From assembly GCA_963719085.1 (NCBI GenBank), contig CAVRAL010000001.1, positions 204,096 through 268,095 on the forward strand: a stretch of DNA of 64,000 nt. Reading direction: 5' to 3'. Of the stretch, positions 24,186-32,779 are shown one piece after another. Source of the stretch: a candidate division FCPU426 bacterium (GTDB lineage Bacteria > Oederibacteriota > Muellerivitia > Muellerivitales > Muellerivitaceae). Position 1 is the stretch's first letter; each line of letters opens with the position of its first letter. The translations under genes and the position numbers were made by a program. The notes under the pieces were generated by a model that was not told where the DNA came from, made no database searches, and was given only the letters and a program-made list of their open reading frames with translations.

Positions 24186-25496
24186 TTGGGAAAGGAAACC
24201 GATTTGCGTCGATTGGTTGTTTTTTTTATTTTTGCCCTAACCGCGTTAGGGGCCGCGGTGGTTTATTCGGCCGCCGCGTCCTCCGAAGGGATGATGCCAA
24301 CGCCTTCGGCCGCGCCTCCGGTGGACACGACCTTCAATGTTTTGTGCTACCACCGGTTCATCTATCACCCGGTGAAGACCACTTCGGATTACTTGATGCC
24401 GGTGGACAATTTCCGCTGGCAGATGCAGTACCTGAAAGACAACGGTTTCACGCCCATCAGCGTTGATCAACTTTTGGATTTTTGGGACAAGGGCTCGCCG
24501 CTTCCCCCCAAACCGGTTCTTTTGACCTTTGACGACGGATTTAAAAGTGTTTACGAGAAGGCTTTTCCGGTGTTGAAAGAATTCCACTATCCGGGAATTC
24601 TTTTCCTGATTTCCAGCTTCGTGCAAAACGGGGACGCCTGGGGGCTCCACCACAAGGACAATAGCGGGCGCATGGCGCTCAATGACGCCGAGATTGAGGA
24701 AATGGAAAAGGCGGGGCTGGTGGTGGAATCCCACACGGTCAGCCATTTGAATATGGGATTGGAAGCTGAAAAAAGAAGTCCGGCCGATTTTAAGGCGTTG
24801 GTCCAAAGGGAATTGGGATATCCCGTCGATTTTTTCGCCGGCAAGTTCGGCCAAAAGCCCGAGCTTTTAGCTTATCCCTACGGCGTTTATAACGACGAGG
24901 TCCTCAAAGAGACGGCGGCGCTTTACCGCCTGGCCTTCACGGTGAACGCGGGGCCCAATGACCGCACGGTTGATCCTTATAAGTTACGCCGGTTTTTGAT
25001 CCTGGGCGATACCAGCCAAAAGGAATTCGCGTCGATGTTTGGGGATAAGGTTTTGCATATCGCCCACGCGGGTCCGGGGGATGGCCAGGTGATTTGGTCG
25101 CGTAAGCCGCTGATTTCCATTCAAATCCTGGACGACGTGGACCCCAAGTCGGTGGCGCTGAATCTTGAGACCAAACGCTTAAAAACTACCTATGACCCGC
25201 GATTGCGTTTGGTGACCTACCGGGTGGAACAACCCATCCGCATGGGCGGGCACCAATTGACCTTGAGGGCCAAAGATATGGCCGGGAATACCCGGGTTTT
25301 CAGTTGGTATTTCCGCGTGAAGCACCGCTTGGAACCGGCCCTGTCCCCGACGCCAATCACCCCAATTCCGGCCGCGTCGCCCACGCCCCTTATGAGGACT
25401 TCGTCCCCCATGGGGACTTCGTCCACTGCGAGGACTTCGTCCCCAATGGGGACTTCGCCACCAGCCATGATGAAGGTGGGCCATGACTCCCAATAA
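24186..25496 (+). CDS. Polysaccharide (probably peptidoglycan/exopolysaccharide) deacetylase, NodB-homology family, secreted or membrane-anchored
   Basis: N-terminal hydrophobic anchor, then the NodB motif VLLTFDDGFKSVYEKAFPVLKEF and a later ESHTVSH His motif. The C-terminal tail is Ser/Pro-rich and tandemly repeated. TTG start. Confidence 0.8.
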   Translation: MGKETDLRRLVVFFIFALTALGAAVVYSAAASSEGMMPTPSAAPPVDTTFNVLCYHRFIYHPVKTTSDYLMPVDNFRWQMQYLKDNGFTPISVDQLLDFWDKGSPLPPKPVLLTFDDGFKSVYEKAFPVLKEFHYPGILFLISSFVQNGDAWGLHHKDNSGRMALNDAEIEEMEKAGLVVESHTVSHLNMGLEAEKRSPADFKALVQRELGYPVDFFAGKFGQKPELLAYPYGVYNDEVLKETAALYRLAFTVNAGPNDRTVDPYKLRRFLILGDTSQKEFASMFGDKVLHIAHAGPGDGQVIWSRKPLISIQILDDVDPKSVALNLETKRLKTTYDPRLRLVTYRVEQPIRMGGHQLTLRAKDMAGNTRVFSWYFRVKHRLEPALSPTPITPIPAASPTPLMRTSSPMGTSSTARTSSPMGTSPPAMMKVGHDSQ

Positions 25497-26892
25497 ACCC
25501 CTCTTTTTCCCGAAATTTTTGTTTTTCGGGCTTTTAATCCTGGCGCTGGGGACTTTTTCACGGGCGGGTGACGATTCCGTTGCTCTCCAATATACCTATC
25601 GGGCGGATCAGGGAAGCGTTTCCTTATTGAAGGATCAAAACGGGAAAAGATACGTTCCCCTGATGGACGCCGCGAAATTTTACGGCATCGACGTGGCCTT
25701 TGACGCCCAGACCCGGAAGATTCTTTTGAAGAAGGGAAACCGGACGGTCAAGATCATCCTATCCCAACCGGTTTTTCTATTGATGAACCCTTCCGCATCC
25801 GCCCCCATTGATCCCGTGGAGGTGATCTCGGGTCAATTGGCGGTGCCGATCGAGTCCATCGGCGACATCTTGAGCGGCGTGCTGAATATCAACGTTCGAT
25901 ACCTTTCGGACTCCCAAACGGTCATGGTGGGGGGAGTTTCGGACAACGAAATCCGTCAGGAAATTTTGACCCAAGCCCAATCCTTGACTCCGACGCCTGG
26001 GACTAAATTGGTCCTGATGGCCGTACCGACCGCCACGCCCGCGATGGTGGTGGAAGCGCCTCCCACGGCCACGCCGCAATTAGTCATCGAGGCCCCTAGC
26101 GCGCTCGTGACACCCACCGAAACCGTGGACTCCGAAGACCAAGATGAGACCCCCGCGCCTATTCCTGGAAAAGATGAATTGCCGCCGTCCAAGAATGTGT
26201 ATCAGGTGCGCCGTATCATCATCGACGCTGGGCATGGAGGTGTGGATAACGGAGCCCGCGGTTATGACAAGCGCTATACCGAAAAGCAGGCGACCTTGGA
26301 TATCGCCAAAAGGGTCGCCGGGATATTGAACAAGCAAAATGACCTGGATGTCTTTTTAACCCGCACCGCCGATTATTACATCACGTTGAAATACCGGACC
26401 ACCTTCGCCAATGAGCATAACGGTGACCTTTTTGTTTCCATCCATTGCAACGCCAATCCCAACACCGAGGCCTATGGGACCGAAACCTACTTCTACAGTA
26501 CGAAGGCCTCCAACCAAGCCGCTGAAGTGGCGGCCGTGCATGAAAACGGGGATGGCGACGCCATTGATTCCATACTCAACTCCCTTCACAATCAGGCCTA
26601 CCGCCTGCGTAGCTTCGAATTGGCCAAATTGGTGGATGCCCACATCCGCGAGAGGATGGGCCAGCATATCCGCCGAATCCAGCAGGCGCCTTTTTATGTC
26701 CTGGCGCGCGTCAACATGCCGTCCATATTGGTGGAAACGGCCTTTATCACCAACCCCAAGGAAGAGGAAAAGTTGAAGGATGAGGATTGGCGGGACAAAA
26801 TCGCCCACGCCATAGCCGACGGCATCCTGGCTTACCGGGATGAAATGAAGAAAGTGGAGGGAAGCTTTGGAAACCAAACCAGCACTCAGTGA
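25483..26892 (+). CDS. N-acetylmuramoyl-L-alanine amidase (Amidase_3, AmiC-like) with an N-terminal copper-amine-oxidase-like stalk domain
   Basis: IIIDAGHGGVDNGA, DLFVSIHCNA and LVETAFITNPKEE are Amidase_3 zinc and catalytic motifs. It has a signal peptide. Confidence 0.88.
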   Translation: MTPNKPLFFPKFLFFGLLILALGTFSRAGDDSVALQYTYRADQGSVSLLKDQNGKRYVPLMDAAKFYGIDVAFDAQTRKILLKKGNRTVKIILSQPVFLLMNPSASAPIDPVEVISGQLAVPIESIGDILSGVLNINVRYLSDSQTVMVGGVSDNEIRQEILTQAQSLTPTPGTKLVLMAVPTATPAMVVEAPPTATPQLVIEAPSALVTPTETVDSEDQDETPAPIPGKDELPPSKNVYQVRRIIIDAGHGGVDNGARGYDKRYTEKQATLDIAKRVAGILNKQNDLDVFLTRTADYYITLKYRTTFANEHNGDLFVSIHCNANPNTEAYGTETYFYSTKASNQAAEVAAVHENGDGDAIDSILNSLHNQAYRLRSFELAKLVDAHIRERMGQHIRRIQQAPFYVLARVNMPSILVETAFITNPKEEEKLKDEDWRDKIAHAIADGILAYRDEMKKVEGSFGNQTSTQ

Positions 26893-27712
26893 GGATGTAA
26901 AGGCCGCCCAAACGGGCGGTCTGACGCTTTTAACTTTTCCGAGGTTCGCGGATTCGAAATCCGTGAAGCACGTGATTTCCACCCGCTTGGGCGGCGTGAG
27001 CCGGGGCGTTTTTAGTTCCCTGAATCTCAGCACCCAAGTGGGCGATGATCCCTTGAGGGTTTCCCAAAACCGGGAACTGTTTCGTCTTGGCGCGGGTTAC
27101 GCCAAGACCCGGCTGGTGCAGGCCAAACAAATCCACAGCGATATCGTGTTGAAAGTGGGCGCGGGCGATGTGAAGAGCCTGCCGGTGAGCGGGCCTTGGA
27201 AAGAAGGCGACGCGTTGATCACGGCTGAGAAAAACGTGACCTTGATGATTTTGGTGGCGGATTGCCTGCCCGTTTTATTTTACGACCCCGTCCACCAGGC
27301 CATCGGCTTGGCCCACGCGGGATGGCGGGGCACGGCCACCCACATCGCGGCCAAGACCCTTTTGTCCATGGGGGAGGCTTTCGGCACCCAGGCTTCCGAG
27401 GTGAGGGTGGCTCTGGGACCCTGTATTGGGCCCTGTTGTTATGAAGTGGGGGATGACGTGAAGGGACAGTTTGATGAAATCTTCCCTTGGTCTTCCGAGG
27501 TTTTTCAAAAATCTTTCGAGGGCCGCTTTAAGCTCGACCTGCCCGAGGCCAATGTCCGCCAATTGCTGGACCTTGGGGTTTTACCGGAAAATCTGGTTCG
27601 CTCCAACCTTTGCACCGTTGACCGCAAAGATTGGTTTTATTCCCATCGGGCGGAGGCTTCACCGGAGAAATCCACCGGCCGCCTGGGCGCCTTTTTAATG
27701 CTGGCGGATTAA
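26867..27712 (+). CDS. pgeF: Peptidoglycan editing factor PgeF / YfiH (laccase-domain, DUF152) family
   Basis: QIHSDIV, GDALIT, VADCLPVLFYDP, GLAHAGWRGT and CCYEVG motifs. The start is uncertain (TTG 26867 overlaps the amidase gene end). Confidence 0.88.
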   Translation: METKPALSEDVKAAQTGGLTLLTFPRFADSKSVKHVISTRLGGVSRGVFSSLNLSTQVGDDPLRVSQNRELFRLGAGYAKTRLVQAKQIHSDIVLKVGAGDVKSLPVSGPWKEGDALITAEKNVTLMILVADCLPVLFYDPVHQAIGLAHAGWRGTATHIAAKTLLSMGEAFGTQASEVRVALGPCIGPCCYEVGDDVKGQFDEIFPWSSEVFQKSFEGRFKLDLPEANVRQLLDLGVLPENLVRSNLCTVDRKDWFYSHRAEASPEKSTGRLGAFLMLAD

Positions 27713-27782
27713 GGCTGGTTTTGGGAAGAACGTTAAAAAACGAAGGCGTAACACGCGCCTATTTCTTCGAATTTTCAACGCC

Positions 27783-30700
27783 TTGACGGCCCACCAATAT
27801 CCCGATAAGGTTTATCCATATTTGTTGTCCGATCTACCTAATTCCTTTAAAGGAAAATATCGTTTGATCTTGAGCCGCCGTTTCCCAATCCTATTTTTCC
27901 TTTCTTTGGGTGTCTTAATCCCCTCGGGGTCAATGGCCCAAACCGCGCCCATCACCGTGGGCGTCTTCAATAACAACGGGGATTCCAGCGTGGGCTCTTT
28001 GGGCGGGGCCGTGACGGCGGTTAACGCCGATCCTTCGGGCGGCGTGATTACCTTTGGCACACTCCTGAGCAATGCCATGACTTTATCCGGGCCTTTGTCC
28101 GAAATTTCTAAGAATGTCACTTTAGAAGGGCCGGTCGCCGGTTTTTTGGTGGAAGGCGCCTCAGGGTCCACCGCCAATCTGACGGCGGATGGGGTCTTAG
28201 GCCTTCAGGCCGATTCCAGTTCCTTTCAATTTGGATTAGAAGGCGGCGCGGCTTCCGGCGCCGGGGGCACTGGCGGGGGATCGTTCCTAACTTCCTCAAC
28301 CCTTAATCTAGGCTCGAATTCAACTTTGAACCTGACGGGTGCCGAGGGTAATTCGGGAAGCGGCGCCGCCGGGGGGGATGGCGGTTCGGCCTTTTTGGTT
28401 ACAACCAATATGACCCTTGATTCTTCCACCGCTGTGACGCTTTTGGGCGGAGCGGGCGGGGGCGGCGGAACCGGTACGGCGGGGTTCGACGCTTCGGCGG
28501 GCGGGGACACTTCTTTTAACGCGACCTCAGTGACTTTTAATTCCAACAGCGACTTATTTTTAGAAAGCGGCGCGGGATCGGCGGGCGGTCAGGGAACAGT
28601 TTCCATGGGCGGAGCGGGTTCCCGGGGCGGCTTGGCGGTCTTAACGATGGGTGACGCGGTCTTCGCTTCGGCGACGACCTTATCGGCTTTGGGCGGCAAC
28701 GGCGGGGCGGGTGGGGAAGGCGTGAGCGAAGGCGGCGCGGGCGGGACGGGGGGCGGGGCGCAGTTGGATTCAAATACGCTGTCTTTGGCTCCGGGATCCG
28801 CGCTTAACTTTACCGGCGGAACGGGCGGCGCGGGGGGATCAAGCGACACGACCGAGGGCGGCGACGGCGGCGCGGGGGGAAGTGTGAGTGTGGTCGCGGT
28901 TTCAGCCACGATTGTCAATGGAACCGTGAGCATGACCGGAGGACAGGGCGGGGCCGGAGGCGTGGGAATTACCTTGGGCGGCGCGGGCGGTCGGGGGGGC
29001 GGGGTTGATTTTGGTTTTTCCAATCTTTCTTTTAGTTTGGGATCGAAAGTCCAAATCGACGGCGGCCAGGGAGGGGACGGGGCTTCGGGTTCAACCGGGG
29101 GCTCGGATGGTTCGGGCGGCGCTGTTACTTGGACGTCTTCCGGTGTGACCCTTTTGTCGAGCTTGACCCTGGACGTCCAGGGGGGAAGCGGCGGCAACGG
29201 TACGACGGGCGGCAATGGGGGCGCGGTGGGTGTGACCCTCGGTTTGTTGAACCTCGGGACGAACGCGGCCTTAACCATTGCCGGTGGCACCGCTTACGGG
29301 ATCGGGTTGGGCGGGGACGTGAGCTTTCAACCGGGCACGCTTCAATTGGGCAACGGGACCGTTTTAACTTTGGAAGGCGGTCTTACGAATGGAGGATCCG
29401 CGGTGGGCGGCTCAGTGACGGTTGATTCGGTTTCCGTCAGCCTGGGCGCGGGCGCGACCCTGGACCTTGACGGCGGCAATAGCTACGCGGCCTTGGAAAA
29501 TCTGGAGGGGTCGGGAACCGTCACCGTGAGCGGGGTTACTTCGGGTCAACTGCAATTATCCGACGGACTTTTTTCTGGGACTATCGGCGTGGATAGCCTG
29601 ATGGAAAGCGGTCCGGGTACTTTCATCTTAGACGGCGCGGCGACGGTTTCGGACGGAGTCACCGTGGCCAGCGGTGATTTTGAGGTGGGCGACAATCCCT
29701 CGTCCTCCGCGGTTTGTCATGGCACGGTCCAAGTCAATTCCGGCGCCCTCTTGAGCGGCCAGGGAAGCGTGAATGGACTGGTCACCAATGACGGCCTGGT
29801 TCAGCCCGGAAGCTCGGGTCCAGGAACCTTGACGGTGGCCAGCTATACCCAAAACGCGGACGGCACTTTGGGCATCTTTTTGAGGCCTTCCGGCCAATCC
29901 AGTCTCTTAAATGTAACCGGCGCGACCCAGTGGGACGGTACCTTGTCTTTGGAAGAACAAGGGGCTTTCGGCCTTCGCTATAGCTATGTGATTCTTGACT
30001 CGGGAAGCCCGATCAGTGGGGCCGTCACCTCAGTGACCCAGACTGTGCCCGGCTTTTCCGCCACGCTTTCCGGAACCAACGCCGTGACGTTGACCTTAAA
30101 CCGGATTAATCCCGACTTTAATCATTTCGCCTCGACTTCCAATCAAACGGCGGTAGCGGCGGTTTTAAATCTTCATTTAAATGATCCGGATGGCGCTTTC
30201 TTTACAAAGTTAAATGAAATTTACGCCATCGGCACGGGATCGGTTTTGGACTCACTTGACGGCGTGATGTATACGGCTTTACCCCAAGTTATTTTAGATA
30301 ACAATCAATTTGAAAATAGCTTGTTGCTCGACCGGTTGGATCAGGGAGTCTTCGGAACCCTCCCGCGTGCGTCTTCCGCCCTCGTCAGCCAAATTTTGTC
30401 CTCCGACATGAGCGGCGCGGGCGCCCCGATTTCCGGTTTGAAATCCGCCGGTTCGCCCCATGGATTTTGGATCCAAAATGTCGACAGCTTTGGCGGCACC
30501 AGCGCTACGGCCAATGTGACCGGTTTCAACAAGACCAACTACGGCTTTTTGGCCGGCTATGACGATCAATTCGGCGCCTTCACGGCGGGCGTGGCCGGCG
30601 GCTATCTGCACACGGATTTGAAATCCGCGGATCAAAGCGACAGCACGGGCGTCAACGGCTATCAGGGGATGCTTTACACCAATATGGCTTGGGGCGCGAT

Positions 30701-31286
30701 TGAGACGGGACTGGTGTTGGGTTTTGGCGTGGATCATTTTGATTCCACCCGGACCCTATCCTTGGGAAGCGATGTCAGCCAAGCGATGGGAACCTTCAAC
30801 GGCACCCAATGGGGCGGCGATTTGCGGATCGATTCTCCTTTGAATTTCGCCGGCTGGAGTTTAAAACCCCAGGTGGGCGCCCAATATATCCGCCTGTCCC
30901 AAGACGCCTTCACGGAAACCGGGGCCGGAACTTTGGATTTAACCGTCCCGGCCGTTACTGAGAGTTCTTTGCGGCCTTATGTGGGAATGGAGGGCTGCAA
31001 AAACCTCAAACTGCAAAAGGGGCTTGAGCTCATCCCTGACTTTAATTTAACCCTGAGCGACGAGGTCTTGAGCCAATCCAACCAATCGCACATGACCTTG
31101 GCCGGGGCTTCCACACAGGCCTTTACCATCCAGGGCTTGGGCTCCGAATCCCTTTTGGTCGGGGTGGGCGCGGGGGTGAACTTTCTTTTTAATAAACAAT
31201 TCAACCTTTTCGCCCATTACCTGGGAAGTTTCAGCCAGAACCAGTCGATGAGCACGGTGAACGGCGGCTTAAGCCTGGCCTTTTGA
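27783..31286 (+). CDS. Autotransporter outer-membrane protein with a Gly-rich beta-helical passenger (Pmp-like rungs)
   Basis: Signal-peptide-like FPILFFLSLGVLIPSGSMAQ. About 10 rungs have GGxGGxGG tracts alternating with FxxN/LxL strands. The autotransporter-associated PGxGTLTV motif is present. The C-terminal roughly 280-aa beta-barrel alternates hydrophobic residues and ends LSLAF (terminal Phe). The start codon is uncertain. Confidence 0.8.
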   Translation: MTAHQYPDKVYPYLLSDLPNSFKGKYRLILSRRFPILFFLSLGVLIPSGSMAQTAPITVGVFNNNGDSSVGSLGGAVTAVNADPSGGVITFGTLLSNAMTLSGPLSEISKNVTLEGPVAGFLVEGASGSTANLTADGVLGLQADSSSFQFGLEGGAASGAGGTGGGSFLTSSTLNLGSNSTLNLTGAEGNSGSGAAGGDGGSAFLVTTNMTLDSSTAVTLLGGAGGGGGTGTAGFDASAGGDTSFNATSVTFNSNSDLFLESGAGSAGGQGTVSMGGAGSRGGLAVLTMGDAVFASATTLSALGGNGGAGGEGVSEGGAGGTGGGAQLDSNTLSLAPGSALNFTGGTGGAGGSSDTTEGGDGGAGGSVSVVAVSATIVNGTVSMTGGQGGAGGVGITLGGAGGRGGGVDFGFSNLSFSLGSKVQIDGGQGGDGASGSTGGSDGSGGAVTWTSSGVTLLSSLTLDVQGGSGGNGTTGGNGGAVGVTLGLLNLGTNAALTIAGGTAYGIGLGGDVSFQPGTLQLGNGTVLTLEGGLTNGGSAVGGSVTVDSVSVSLGAGATLDLDGGNSYAALENLEGSGTVTVSGVTSGQLQLSDGLFSGTIGVDSLMESGPGTFILDGAATVSDGVTVASGDFEVGDNPSSSAVCHGTVQVNSGALLSGQGSVNGLVTNDGLVQPGSSGPGTLTVASYTQNADGTLGIFLRPSGQSSLLNVTGATQWDGTLSLEEQGAFGLRYSYVILDSGSPISGAVTSVTQTVPGFSATLSGTNAVTLTLNRINPDFNHFASTSNQTAVAAVLNLHLNDPDGAFFTKLNEIYAIGTGSVLDSLDGVMYTALPQVILDNNQFENSLLLDRLDQGVFGTLPRASSALVSQILSSDMSGAGAPISGLKSAGSPHGFWIQNVDSFGGTSATANVTGFNKTNYGFLAGYDDQFGAFTAGVAGGYLHTDLKSADQSDSTGVNGYQGMLYTNMAWGAIETGLVLGFGVDHFDSTRTLSLGSDVSQAMGTFNGTQWGGDLRIDSPLNFAGWSLKPQVGAQYIRLSQDAFTETGAGTLDLTVPAVTESSLRPYVGMEGCKNLKLQKGLELIPDFNLTLSDEVLSQSNQSHMTLAGASTQAFTIQGLGSESLLVGVGAGVNFLFNKQFNLFAHYLGSFSQNQSMSTVNGGLSLAF

Positions 31287-31316
31287 GAAACGGTTAAAGG
31301 GCTTGACCGTTTTGTT

Positions 31317-31652
31317 ATGATTCTCCCCATGAAAAATCAATTTCTACCCTTGAGAATTGTCTGCTGTATCGGCTTCTTGAAGGCTTTCGCGAACATATTT
31401 TTCATATACTCGCCGACCATTTGGCAGGTCAACGCCTGGTATCCGGGCTATTTTGTTGTGGGCAACACGGTATCCGTGATCGCGCTCGGCGGGTTTTGGG
31501 TATTGCGGCGCTGGGCTTTTCCGGTTTACGCCCTCTACGCCCTTTTTGCCCAAGTGGTTCCGCTTCTGCTCCATCGATGGGATAGCTCGATTCTTGTGCT
31601 GCCGCTTTTGACATTAATGGTCGCGGCCTTTTATTACGGGAAAATGAAATGA
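31317..31652 (+). CDS. Small hypothetical membrane protein (3-4 TM)
   Basis: 111-aa hydrophobic ORF. Its stop overlaps the ATG of the next gene (ATGA). I recognise no family. Confidence 0.5.
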   Translation: MILPMKNQFLPLRIVCCIGFLKAFANIFFIYSPTIWQVNAWYPGYFVVGNTVSVIALGGFWVLRRWAFPVYALYALFAQVVPLLLHRWDSSILVLPLLTLMVAAFYYGKMK

Positions 31653-32656
31653 AGGCCGCCGGACGCATTCTTCTGCCAAAACCTTTTTCACTGGGTCTGA
31701 CCCTTTTGTGCGGCCAATGCTTCCGCTGGGAAGGCCCGAATAATCATTCCTGGTTCGAGGGCGTGGCGGGCGGGGCGTGTTGGAAGCTTCAACAAGAAGG
31801 GGATTTTCTTAACTGGCAATGCGGCACCGAACGGGTACGGGGCCGCGCCGCCGAAGAGTGGCTCAGCCATTATCTGAGCTTGGACGATGACCTGGCCGGG
31901 TGGGTCAAGGAATACGCGGACCATCCCATGTTGGAACAATCGATTAAGACCTTGGAAGGACTCCGGCTCATCCGGCAGGAGCCTTGGGAATGCTGCGTTT
32001 CTTATATGTTCGCCCAAGGGCTTTCGGTGAAGGTGATCCGGCAAGCCCTTCGAAAATTTTGCGCGGCCTATGGCGGCCCGGTCGAAGGCGCTCCGGGGGT
32101 TTACGCTTTTCCCGAACCCGAACAGCTGGTGGGATTAACCGCCCACGTCCTAAAACCTTTCACCAACAACTATCATGCCCGGGCCGACCGGATTATCCGC
32201 GCCGCCCGGGTGGTGAAAACCGGCGTGATTTCACTCCCGCATTTAAGGACGCTCCCTTGCGATGACGCCCGTTCGGCTTTGATGGGATTGGACGGGATTG
32301 GGCCTAAGATCGCCGATTGCATCCTGCTTTTTTCCTTGGATCAGGCTTCGGCTTTTCCGGTGGACCGCTGGGTTTTGCGGGCCATGAAGCGCCATTTCCG
32401 CTCCGTCAAGCTTTTGGGCGCGGGGGAAGAAGCGCCGACGGCCTCCCAATATCCGAAGATTGTGGGGAAGGCCCGTCGTCATTTGGGTCCGCGCTGTGGA
32501 TTGGCCAGCGAATACTTGTTTCTTTTCTTGCGGCTATTAGAAGACCGGAAATTGCGCGAGGAATTGGAGCCCTACTTGAGCCGGGCCTTGCCCCCCTTGG
32601 CGGAAAGTTCAAAGCCGCCCCGGAAAAAGCTCCGGTTTAAGCCGGGGAAAAATTAG
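31649..32656 (+). CDS. HhH-GPD DNA glycosylase, 8-oxoguanine glycosylase (Ogg)-type
   Basis: LDGIGPKIADCILLFSLDQASAFPVDRWV matches the Ogg1 HhH-GPD motif GxGxKVADCxxL...PVDxH/W, with the catalytic Lys and Asp. It has a basic C-terminal tail. Confidence 0.8.
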   Translation: MKAAGRILLPKPFSLGLTLLCGQCFRWEGPNNHSWFEGVAGGACWKLQQEGDFLNWQCGTERVRGRAAEEWLSHYLSLDDDLAGWVKEYADHPMLEQSIKTLEGLRLIRQEPWECCVSYMFAQGLSVKVIRQALRKFCAAYGGPVEGAPGVYAFPEPEQLVGLTAHVLKPFTNNYHARADRIIRAARVVKTGVISLPHLRTLPCDDARSALMGLDGIGPKIADCILLFSLDQASAFPVDRWVLRAMKRHFRSVKLLGAGEEAPTASQYPKIVGKARRHLGPRCGLASEYLFLFLRLLEDRKLREELEPYLSRALPPLAESSKPPRKKLRFKPGKN

Positions 32657-32746
32657 CTGACAAGATTGGGTTTCCTGTTTTTTTAAAAGAATTAAGTGAC
32701 ATTCTCAAGAATTCCCATGTATTTTATAAATGTTGAATAAACTGTG

Positions 32747-32769
32747 CAGGGTTTTGAAAACCCTGTTTT
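32747..32769 (+). terminator. Rho-independent terminator-like hairpin
   Basis: CAGGGTT (32747-32753), loop TTGAA, AACCCTG (32759-32765), then TTTT. It lies after the glycosylase gene and only about 15 nt before the regulator start. Confidence 0.5.
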
Positions 32770-32779
32770 CCATCAATAG

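Noticed and set aside
23970-24466. ORFs 23970-24158 (-) and 24092-24466 (+) in and beyond the ftsZ-downstream spacer.
   Set aside because: They overlap the repeat and structured region and the well-supported deacetylase gene, have no RBS or motif support, and have a biased Arg/Gly/Pro composition.
28589-29290. A Pro-rich 233-aa minus-strand ORF inside the autotransporter gene, and a 401-aa minus-strand ORF (46384-47589) inside the Pro/Ala-rich gene.
   Set aside because: They are the reverse complement of Gly-rich (GGN) or Pro/Ala-rich (CCN/GCN) coding repeats. They are compositional artefacts, not genes.
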